A stretch of DNA of 64,000 bases from Candidatus Latescibacterota bacterium (GTDB lineage Bacteria; Latescibacterota; UBA2968; GCA-2709665): assembly GCA_965208835.1 (NCBI GenBank), contig OZ242358.1:5116621-5180620 (forward strand). The letters run 5' to 3'. Both the position numbers and the translations under genes were made by a program. The notes beneath the pieces are model-generated. The model was not told where the DNA came from and did not search any database. It worked only from the letters and a program-made list of their open reading frames with translations. Shown here in pieces: positions 27,856 to 36,309 of the stretch. Every line of letters begins with the position of its first letter. Positions within the stretch are counted from its first letter, which is position 1.

Positions 27856-30207
27856 CTATTCAACCACACGGAACACTACGTCCCGTTCAGCGGTCTGACC
27901 GGTGTAGAGGTCCTTCACAGCAACGACCAGCTTGTGGAAACCCGCCGGGGCGCTGCTGGCATTGATCTGCAGGAATGTGAAGTCATCGTTCTTATATCCC
28001 TGGTAACGTGCTGTAACAGTAGTTTCCGCTCCTTTACGCAAACGAGACGCTGCTTCGATCTCCTCGGAAATCTTATTGCGTTCCGGCAGGATGTACTTTA
28101 CTCGATAACTCACGGACGGCTGTGCCTGACCACTATCCTTAGTGTCCCCTACGATAGTCTGAATCTCCGTGACGGCACCCTCGCCCGGTACGTCCAGAGC
28201 GGCGAAGCGTTCCGGGAAAATTTCATCCGGTTTCGGCTGCGTTAATCGGTAGGAAATCCGGTATTTGGTTCTCCCGAATCGGTCCTTTCTCAGATTGTAA
28301 ATCTCAAGATAGAGAAAGACCGGCTCCGAACGCCCGTAGGTGTGTAGGGGATTTGGCGTGACCCGAAGATCTTCACGACCCTCGGGAAAGGCCGATTTTG
28401 GCTCAATCCCAGAAGCCAATAGTAGATCGCTCATCGCCACTAACGAGTCAGTCTCCCGAAATACCAGCCGTTCGTGAAAGGTCCCTATCGATCCAGTGCC
28501 ATGGTCCCGAACCTCCACTACGAGACGGTGCGGCACCGGCGAGACACGCAGCGTTCGGAATGACACAACATGGTTGCGCCTTAAACTTTCACTCTTTGTC
28601 CTTTTCCTTGTGTCGAAAACTGGCCACCGCATGGTCACGCCCATCTTCTTCCGATATACCTCATTCCAGTAATCATTGAAAATAAACACCCCATCATCCA
28701 AGTCCAGGAATCCACCGGGATCTGAAACCTGCACGCGCGCCTTAGGGATGGCGTAGGCGAACTCGACGCGAATACTGTCACGCTCCCTGAAAGCGGCGAC
28801 TTGGCGCGGCATCCGATATTTCACGTCACTATAGGGGTCAACGTAACGCTGTGGTGTATTTTGAAATACCTGTCGTGCGTGTGGCCGCGTTCCTTTCAAA
28901 CGTTCCCGTCGGCTTTTTCCCGAATAAAAGTCTCCCAGATCATCTCGCATCCTTGTAATCTTGACTGCACTCTTACCCACACACACCCAATAGTCCTTCG
29001 TCGATTCTCTCGCACTCCTTCCTGTATTCGATCCTCGCGCAAAACGCCAGGCGTCCAAACCGTCACCGTTCTCGAACCAAATGCGAAACTTCCCATAATT
29101 CCAAACCTTCCAGTTGGTAAAGACATCTCGACCTATATATCGTCCGAATTTGATGAACGCTTTCCCCGGATCAGTCTGCCACCCCATGATGCCCTTGAAA
29201 GGGCGGGAAAACCTGAGATTTGCGTAAGCAACCCGCCCGTAGTGTTCCATCTTTCGTTCATTGAATTCCGTCAGAAACAGGGGATCCTGCTTGCGCCAGA
29301 AGCTTTCGACACTGTCATTTGTCCAAATCTCACTTCCATTGTGATCGATTGTAACCGCCTGAGCCATACGTCTCGTTTCTTCCTTTGACGCGATAATGTC
29401 CACCGACTCCATCAAGGATCGCTCTTCGACGGTCATTCGTTCAATGGCTCGCCGGTAATAGTCATAAGCTACGTCCATTTCACCGAGCATATGATAGCCA
29501 AGACCACAGAACAAGAATGCATCCTTGTCATCGGGAAATTGTCTCAAAAGACGCTTGAACAGCAATACCAACGCTTCCGGTTCTCCAGTCTCGACATGGA
29601 GGAGTCCCATCATTTTGTACGCGCCTTTAAATCCAGGATCCGCTTCAATGCTTTGCCTCAAAAGCCCGTGCGCGCGTTCCACGGCTCTTTCGGCGAAACC
29701 CTTCCAGTAGAACACATGAACATCACGAGATTTTTTGAAGGAGACGAATTCCTTTTTATCGATCAACGCGAGATACTCCTGTACCGCGAAAAATCCCGCC
29801 CGGTACGCACCTTCTGCATTGCCTGTGTGAATACTTGCCATCTTTTGAAATTGTCGTCCCGCATTGTACGTGAATCCCTGCCTGCTCAGCAACTCACCCA
29901 TTGTCAACTGGTATTCGCTGTTCGACGGATCAATCCGTATGGCCTCGTTCAGCGCGTTACGTGCGCTCTGGCGCGTAAGTGGCGTGTTCATTTCGTTGTA
30001 CAGTTTTGCAATCTGATAGTGCGCTGGCGCGAATTCCCAGTCCAGCTTAAGGACCTGCTCAAATGCGTTGATACCCTCCTTCGGTGGTACCTGGCCGATC
30101 TGAGTCAATGCTTCGCGATAGAGCGAGTCCACTCGCGCAGACTTTGACAAGGCGAGTACATCGCTTGCCGACTGGAACATTAACATTGAGACCAATAGAT
30201 GTCTCAT
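27856..30207 (-). CDS. Exported GWxTD-domain/TPR protein, short subtype (B1)
   Basis: Signal peptide, TPRs, 'FWRKQDPLFLTEFNERKMEHYGRVAYANLRFS...GWQTDPGKAFIKFG' (canonical GWxTD). RBS GGAGGAG. Confidence 0.9.
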   Translation of the reverse strand: MRHLLVSMLMFQSASDVLALSKSARVDSLYREALTQIGQVPPKEGINAFEQVLKLDWEFAPAHYQIAKLYNEMNTPLTRQSARNALNEAIRIDPSNSEYQLTMGELLSRQGFTYNAGRQFQKMASIHTGNAEGAYRAGFFAVQEYLALIDKKEFVSFKKSRDVHVFYWKGFAERAVERAHGLLRQSIEADPGFKGAYKMMGLLHVETGEPEALVLLFKRLLRQFPDDKDAFLFCGLGYHMLGEMDVAYDYYRRAIERMTVEERSLMESVDIIASKEETRRMAQAVTIDHNGSEIWTNDSVESFWRKQDPLFLTEFNERKMEHYGRVAYANLRFSRPFKGIMGWQTDPGKAFIKFGRYIGRDVFTNWKVWNYGKFRIWFENGDGLDAWRFARGSNTGRSARESTKDYWVCVGKSAVKITRMRDDLGDFYSGKSRRERLKGTRPHARQVFQNTPQRYVDPYSDVKYRMPRQVAAFRERDSIRVEFAYAIPKARVQVSDPGGFLDLDDGVFIFNDYWNEVYRKKMGVTMRWPVFDTRKRTKSESLRRNHVVSFRTLRVSPVPHRLVVEVRDHGTGSIGTFHERLVFRETDSLVAMSDLLLASGIEPKSAFPEGREDLRVTPNPLHTYGRSEPVFLYLEIYNLRKDRFGRTKYRISYRLTQPKPDEIFPERFAALDVPGEGAVTEIQTIVGDTKDSGQAQPSVSYRVKYILPERNKISEEIEAASRLRKGAETTVTARYQGYKNDDFTFLQINASSAPAGFHKLVVAVKDLYTGQTAERDVVFRVVE

Positions 30208-30564
30208 TCCAGTGAGTCTCCTCCGATGTCTCGAGGCATTCGAGCCGCCCGGCTTTCTAATACCAAGTAGGCCCCCTTGAATTGCTAACGCATCCCGGGC
30301 TGTCTGCTATTGCATGAATCGACATTTCATCCATGAAATTCGAACCGGCATTCACAACAGGCTTCCGAGTACACCAAACCCACGTGAATTCGTCCCGCTT
30401 CCATTAGCTTCCATTATAAAAAGACACACGCCGCGCTGGGCGGGTTCAATTAACCTGAGATCTGCCCTCGGACAGAAGACCCCTGCATCCTCCAGTCGTT
30501 GCGTGACGCCTTAACCTCTTGAATTCCCGTCGGAATGGCTGGTCGCTCGGCCTTCTTCAGCACT

Positions 30565-30580
30565 TGCAATCTTCGTACCA
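30565..30580 (-). promoter_or_regulatory. sigma54 (RpoN) -24/-12 promoter
   Basis: Minus strand TGGTACGAAGATTGCA matches TGGYACG-N4-TTGCW with exact GG-N10-GC spacing and points into the GWxTD cluster. Confidence 0.85.
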
Positions 30581-30627
30581 GACTCCATAATAAAAATCGC
30601 CTGTGCGGTTACGCACAAGCGAAATAA

Positions 30628-30640
30628 AATCAATATCTTA
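30628..30640 (+). promoter_or_regulatory. IHF binding site
   Basis: AATCAATATCTTA is an exact match to WATCAANNNNTTR, sits in AT-rich context, and lies between the palindromes and the -24/-12 box. Confidence 0.65.
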
Positions 30641-30677
30641 TGAATTCACATTTTACGCTTTTTTGAAGCGTTCAATT

Positions 30678-30704
30678 CATGATGTATACATTGTATACAT
30701 CATG
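30678..30704. promoter_or_regulatory. Candidate upstream activator sequence 1 (27-bp palindrome)
   Basis: CATGATGTATACA-T-TGTATACATCATG with perfect 13-bp arms; core TGT-N11-ACA. Confidence 0.7.
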
Positions 30705-30805
30705 GTCTTTTAGATGTTGCTCCTCCTGAATCGTCCGTGTGTAGAATACTAAGTTGCAAGTTCTTACAGCTCACGCAACACTGTCTACAGTGTCACGCCC
30801 GTAAC

Positions 30806-30822
30806 TGTATACAATGTATACA
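30806..30822. promoter_or_regulatory. Candidate upstream activator sequence 2
   Basis: TGTATACA-A-TGTATACA is the exact reverse complement of the UAS1 core (30683-30699). A related palindrome ACACTGTCTACAGTGT lies at 30778-30793. Confidence 0.65.
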
Positions 30823-30845
30823 TATGCTTGCCTTGAATTCGTACC

Positions 30846-33800
30846 TTACCTCAGACCGTACCGGCTCATCATCTTTTGCAGTCCGTTTCGACTCAGCCCC
30901 AGTTGGCGCGCGGCGCGGGTGATGTTCCCGTCGCACTGATTGAGCGCTTCGACGATCATCCGCCTCTCGAGGGACGCGACACGGGACTTGAAATAACTCC
31001 CATCACCTGACCGGAGTTGCTCGGGAAGCCCGATTCTTTCTGAGAACAGATCGGCGGAGACGTCTTTGCCTTCCTCCACCAGCGCAACCGCGCGCCTTAT
31101 CTCGTTCTCCAGTTCCCGCACGTTGCCCGGCCACCCGTGATCCATCAACGCCCGCATGGCCGCTACCGTGAAACCCGGAACCGCCTTATTCTGGTCCGCG
31201 CAAAGACGGTTCACAATGTGTTCGCATAACAATGGAATGTCTTCAATGTGGCGGCGCAATGGGGGCATTTCAATCTGCAACACACGCAGTCTGTAATACA
31301 GATCCTCCCGAAAAAGGCCGTTGCGCACATCAGCTTCCAAATCACGATTCGTCGCCGCGATCACCCGCACGTCCACGTTTCGTACCTCTGCCTCGCCCAC
31401 CCGCTGGATTTCCCCGTCCTGAAGCACCCGCAACAGGCTCGATTGGAGCTGTGCGGATGCGTTTCCAATCTCGTCCAGGAAGACCGTGCCGCCGTCCGCG
31501 GATACGAACAATCCCTTCCGGTCCGACGACGCCCCGGTAAAAGCGCCCTTCCTGTGTCCGAACAGTTCGCTCTGAAGCAGCTCGTGGGTCATTGCGGCGC
31601 AGTTGGCGGAGAGAAACGGCTTCGCCTTGCGTTCGCTCCGGCTATGGATAGCCCGGGCAGCCAGCTCCTTGCCCGTACCCGTCTCACCCTGTATGAGCAC
31701 GGTCATGTCGCTTTCAGCCGCAACTTCCACCAGCTTGAAAACCTCCTGCATAACGTCGCTCTGCCCAACGAGTTCTCCCAGGCGGTAGCTTTCCCCGGTC
31801 TGTTTCTGCAAGAAAAGCGCACGTTCCTGGATCCGGGAGTACATCCGGGCGTTGACAACCGCAATGGACACCAGGTTCCCAAACGCCGACAAAAGGGCGC
31901 GGTCTTTTTCGGTAAACAGATCCTCGAGCTCCCTGTGGTCCATGTAGAGCGCGCCGATAACGCCAGATTCCCCGTGCCGTAGCGGTACGCACAGAACCGA
32001 ACGGATGCCGTAATCGGTAACACTCGACCTCTGCCTGAATCGTTCGTCTACTCGAGCGTCCAGGCTCAATACCGGCTCGTTTCGCTCCATCGTCCACTTG
32101 ATGATTCCCCGGCTGATCTCGTGCGTTTCGACATCGTCGAGGTTATGCCTTCGCGCCACTTCGACGTGAACAGTGTCCTCGTCCTTTAACGCAATCAACA
32201 CGCGTTCGGCCCGGCTCACCTTCCTCAAGCGGTCCAGAATCCGGTCCAGAAGCACGTTCAGGTCCAGGACCGACGTCAAGACCTCGGAAGCCTGGTAAAG
32301 CGTTAGCAGATGTTTCTCGGAAAGCGCGGGAGCCATCTCCTTTGCGGGAAGCGTTAATGCAGATTGCTCTGAAACCCGATCCAGAAGATCCGCCGCCTTC
32401 CCGGCAAGATAGCGCAGACTCAGCCGCTCGGCAGCCCCGCGGGCGTCTTCCAGGTACCGCCGGGCGTCGGCAAGACGACACCGCTCCAGATAGTAAGCGC
32501 CCGCTACAACGTACAGAATTACTTGCTCATGACCGTCCAGCGAGCCCTGGGCTTCCGATACATGATCGAACAGGGAATCGACATCGTCATGCCGGCCGGC
32601 CGCGGCAAGCGATTTTGCCTTCGCGGTCCATGCCATGGCGCGAATATTTCCGCCGTACTCCACGCCCGGCCAGGCCCGTTCGGCCCAGGAAAGCGCCTCT
32701 TCAACGCAGCCGGTCTCAGCCAGCGTCTCGGCCAGCAATCCGTAGGACCGGTACACATGATGCATGCGCCCGCCATCCGACAATAAGCGCTCAGCAGATC
32801 GAGCATGCGTTTCGGCACTAGCGGTGTCTCCCTGTTCCAGGGCGATCCAGCCCAATCGATGATGTGCTCCGGCCTCCGTAGACTTCGAACCTCGCCTGGC
32901 CCAGAAGTCTCGATGTTCCTGGAATATCTCCTTCGCACGATCGAAATTTCCCAGTCGGATCTCTATACGTCCCAGCAGGAAAAGACTGCCATGGCGATTG
33001 GACCGATCCCCTGCCCTGTCCATCAGATCCAATGAAGACTCAAGGAGCGTCCTGGCTGTTTCATTCCGATAGGTAAACTGTGCCGAAAACGCGAGATAAT
33101 TCAAGGCACGCGCCTCATTGACGTCCCCTCCCAATTCCCGGCATCTTTCAGCGGCTGACTCACAAAATCTCTCGGCTGTTTTCAATTCCCTCAGCTCAAA
33201 GTAGATATTGGACAATAACCCCACAACACTCATTTCAGACTCGTCGTCGCCCAATTCTCGGAAGAGACCCAGGGCCTCCGACAACACGGATTCGGCCTCT
33301 TCATAATCCCCGAAATGGATGTGGTTTATTCCCATCATCCTCAACGCGTACGCTTTCTGCCGCGGTGCATCGGCGGACACCCACCGCATGACGTGATCCA
33401 ATTCGCGCCGAGCGTCCTTGTACCGGTCACAACCGGAGAGCGCCTCGGCGTAGGCGCAGAGGAAATCCAGGTGCGCCACCGACCCGCGAGAAACGCCGGC
33501 CGGCGCGTCGGGTGAGAATGCGCCTTTTTCAAGAATCGCTTCGAACAGCTCCAGGGCGTGCGAAAAGTCCCACATCCGCAACGCCATTCGGCCGGATGCC
33601 GTTACGTACTGTGCCATTTTTTTCAGGTCGTTCGATCTCGAGAAGTGGTAAGCCAGTTCATCAAGCGTCTCCAAGCCGCCGGACTCGGAACGAGTCTCCA
33701 GCGCCCTGCCTGCCTCCAGGTGAAGTAACGTACGTCTGTTCTCGGATATGCCGTCATAAACCGCCCGTTGAATCAATCCATGAGAAAAACGATACCGTCC

Positions 33801-35732
33801 CTCTCGGTCCTGCAGATCCTTCAAGAGGCCCAGGCGAACGTGTCCCTCCAGCGTCTCCAACAACTGCAGTTCGTCTTCGCGCCAGACCTCTGCAATCAGG
33901 CCGAATGAAAACGCGCCGCGAAAGATAGAGGCATATTCCAGCGCCTGCCTTTGGGCCGAACGAAGCCGTTCCAGGCGCAACTCGATGGCCTGCACAATGC
34001 CCGAAGGCATCGGCCATTCCCTGGACTCCGGCCATCTCCACCCGCCGGCCGAATCCCTCCAAATCAAACCTTCTTCAACCGAACCGCGGATCATTTCGAC
34101 GACAAACAGAGGGTTTCCCCCGGTCTCCGCGAAAATCCTGCGAGCTTCCGCGTCGGGGACCGCCTGCTCGCCAATCAGGGACGCTGCCAGATTCCCCGTT
34201 TCCTCCATTCCGAGAGGCTCGAGTTGAAGATGCAAAACGCCGGTTGCGTCAGGCCCTCTAGTCAGGTCGTCAATTCCCCGGGGCAACGGGTCTTCGCCCA
34301 CCTTGCGGCAGGCGAGCCCGAAGACGAGGGGCACTGGATCAGGACCTCTGCTCATAAAGCCGAGGAACCGCAGGGTCAGGTCGTCGGCCCACTGCAGGTC
34401 TTCAATGCATACAAGGGTGGGCGTTTCCCGGCTCAGGTCGTCGAATAATTCTGACATAGTCTCCATTGCCGGGTACGGATCCGGCTGATCGGCGGGCGCC
34501 GGCCTTTCGATTAGCGTTAGGACTCGCCTGACGGATGCTTCCAGATCCGACGCCTGCATGCCCGGCTGTTCCGCAATGTCGCGCAGGGCTTCCAGGAATG
34601 GACCGAATGGAGTGCCGCCGTTTTCATAGCAACGCCCGGTGAGAACGCGCATTCCCTGAACGCGGGCATCGGCCTGAAACTCTTCCAGGACCTGGGACTT
34701 CCCGATACCGGCCTCTCCGCTCACCAGCACCACGCGCCCCGTCCCGTGACCGGTTTCTCTCAGGATCTCCCGTAACGCCTTCATCTCACGTTCTCGCCCC
34801 TGAAATTGAGGCTGCAGAACGGGAGCGTCCCTTGTGCCCTCGACGTGAGGTGGACTGAAAGAATCGTCGCCGCGCTCCTGATCGGACCCGGCTTCCTCCT
34901 CTTCCATGAGATCGTGCAACAGGCTCCCTACGGAACTGTAGCGATCGATGGGCTCCTTCTCCAGCAGTTTCATGACTGATTCTTCGATCGGGGAGAAAGC
35001 ACCGCCGGTAGACGGGCGCGGCGGTGGGGGCAGGTCTCTCAAATGCTGGAACATCACCGAAGCCGGATTCTCGCCCGTGAAGGGCGGTCTCCCGGTGAGA
35101 ATTTCGTATAGCACGACACCCAGAGAATACAGGTCCGACCGCTGATCCGTTCGCCGCGCACGAATCTGTTCGGGCGACATGTACTCCACGGTCCCGGTCG
35201 GTCTGCCCGGCGGCGTCACACGCTGTTCCGCGGACTCCCGAAAACGGGCCAGACCCAGATCCAGAATCGAGACCTCAAGTTCGCCTTCAAACTCGGAAAT
35301 CATAATATTCGAAGGCTTCAGGTCCCGGTGCACCACACCCTGTTCGTGGATATACGCCAGCCCATCTCCGATCTGCCGGATGAGGGGAAGGAGCCATACC
35401 GTTCTCAGCCTCTCGAGGTCTTCCACGCTGGCGATCAGGTCGGATAGGGGGCGGCCCCGGATATAATCCATGGAAAAATACGGCTTCCCCGCGTGTAGTC
35501 CCCACCTGTGGGAACGGACAATCCGCGCATGCCGGATTCTGGAGAGAATATTGAACTCCCTCAGGAATCTCCGCTGCGCCTCGTCTCCCACGATATTCAA
35601 CATCTTCAGCGCTACCGTTGCGTCATCGTTCACGTCGCGCGCACGGTATACGGTACCCAGCCCACCGCTGCCAATCGCATCAAGAATCTCGTAACGCCCG
35701 TCGACAACCGTTCCAGCGTTTAACTCGGACAT
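30846..35732 (-). CDS. Multidomain sigma54-dependent activator: Ser/Thr kinase + STAND-type (AAA_16) ATPase + TPR + GAF + bEBP AAA+ + Fis-type HTH
   Basis: Kinase motifs 'GSGGLG', 'VALK', 'HRDLKPSN', 'DLGLA', 'YMSPE', 'SDLYSLG'; first ATPase 'GEAGIGKS' and 'IEDLQWAD'; GAF 'IRSVLCVPL'; bEBP 'GETGTGKE', 'SELFGHRKGAFTGA', 'FLDEIG', 'WPGNVREL'; HTH 'GNITRAARQLGLSR'. Confidence 0.95.
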   Translation of the reverse strand: MSELNAGTVVDGRYEILDAIGSGGLGTVYRARDVNDDATVALKMLNIVGDEAQRRFLREFNILSRIRHARIVRSHRWGLHAGKPYFSMDYIRGRPLSDLIASVEDLERLRTVWLLPLIRQIGDGLAYIHEQGVVHRDLKPSNIMISEFEGELEVSILDLGLARFRESAEQRVTPPGRPTGTVEYMSPEQIRARRTDQRSDLYSLGVVLYEILTGRPPFTGENPASVMFQHLRDLPPPPRPSTGGAFSPIEESVMKLLEKEPIDRYSSVGSLLHDLMEEEEAGSDQERGDDSFSPPHVEGTRDAPVLQPQFQGREREMKALREILRETGHGTGRVVLVSGEAGIGKSQVLEEFQADARVQGMRVLTGRCYENGGTPFGPFLEALRDIAEQPGMQASDLEASVRRVLTLIERPAPADQPDPYPAMETMSELFDDLSRETPTLVCIEDLQWADDLTLRFLGFMSRGPDPVPLVFGLACRKVGEDPLPRGIDDLTRGPDATGVLHLQLEPLGMEETGNLAASLIGEQAVPDAEARRIFAETGGNPLFVVEMIRGSVEEGLIWRDSAGGWRWPESREWPMPSGIVQAIELRLERLRSAQRQALEYASIFRGAFSFGLIAEVWREDELQLLETLEGHVRLGLLKDLQDREGRYRFSHGLIQRAVYDGISENRRTLLHLEAGRALETRSESGGLETLDELAYHFSRSNDLKKMAQYVTASGRMALRMWDFSHALELFEAILEKGAFSPDAPAGVSRGSVAHLDFLCAYAEALSGCDRYKDARRELDHVMRWVSADAPRQKAYALRMMGINHIHFGDYEEAESVLSEALGLFRELGDDESEMSVVGLLSNIYFELRELKTAERFCESAAERCRELGGDVNEARALNYLAFSAQFTYRNETARTLLESSLDLMDRAGDRSNRHGSLFLLGRIEIRLGNFDRAKEIFQEHRDFWARRGSKSTEAGAHHRLGWIALEQGDTASAETHARSAERLLSDGGRMHHVYRSYGLLAETLAETGCVEEALSWAERAWPGVEYGGNIRAMAWTAKAKSLAAAGRHDDVDSLFDHVSEAQGSLDGHEQVILYVVAGAYYLERCRLADARRYLEDARGAAERLSLRYLAGKAADLLDRVSEQSALTLPAKEMAPALSEKHLLTLYQASEVLTSVLDLNVLLDRILDRLRKVSRAERVLIALKDEDTVHVEVARRHNLDDVETHEISRGIIKWTMERNEPVLSLDARVDERFRQRSSVTDYGIRSVLCVPLRHGESGVIGALYMDHRELEDLFTEKDRALLSAFGNLVSIAVVNARMYSRIQERALFLQKQTGESYRLGELVGQSDVMQEVFKLVEVAAESDMTVLIQGETGTGKELAARAIHSRSERKAKPFLSANCAAMTHELLQSELFGHRKGAFTGASSDRKGLFVSADGGTVFLDEIGNASAQLQSSLLRVLQDGEIQRVGEAEVRNVDVRVIAATNRDLEADVRNGLFREDLYYRLRVLQIEMPPLRRHIEDIPLLCEHIVNRLCADQNKAVPGFTVAAMRALMDHGWPGNVRELENEIRRAVALVEEGKDVSADLFSERIGLPEQLRSGDGSYFKSRVASLERRMIVEALNQCDGNITRAARQLGLSRNGLQKMMSRYGLR

Positions 35733-36059
35733 AGTTAACCCGGCGAAAATTCTCCTGCGTACACGATACCAAAATCGTTCACGTTCTCTCTAATTACCCA
35801 TCATGGATTTGTCGCAAGTGCCCACGCAATTGTGACCGTCGAGAATAGGGAACTGTATGGTTCGAGAATCCAATCAACGATGAGCATTCAACCCCTTCGA
35901 ACCCTCACCGTATCGGCCGGGGGATGGGCGGTCTGACAGATGATGGCTGAGAGCCGACAGCTTTTAGACCTTACAATAAGACTTCAACGCAAGATGCGTA
36001 CATACTCAGAAAATGCTGCTCGCATACCGTATGGTGTTGTCATCCCCCCACCGCATCAG

Positions 36060-36185
36060 CCGTCACCGGCCCTTCGACACTCCTTCGGCCCTTCGACAAG
36101 CTCAGGGACCGGAGGCTCAGGACAACCGCTCAGGGGACAGCTCGGCTTCTGCGACTCCCCCTCAAGGGGGGAGTGATTGGACGAT
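36060..36185 (+). repeat. Composite REP-like element (CTTCGACAAGCTCAGG units + GACTCCCCCTCAAGGGGGGAGT hairpin)
   Basis: Homologous to 23110-23235 (inverted) and to 9880-10085. Confidence 0.75.
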
Positions 36186-36309
36186 CAGACCGGCGCGCGC
36201 GTTCCCTGCCACCGATTTGGTTGTGGCTGAGCAACGCGAAGCCGCGCCAGTTGAAACTGACCTGGTATCCATCGAGGTCGAGACGCCCGGTCAGGTTGCC
36301 GATCAACAA

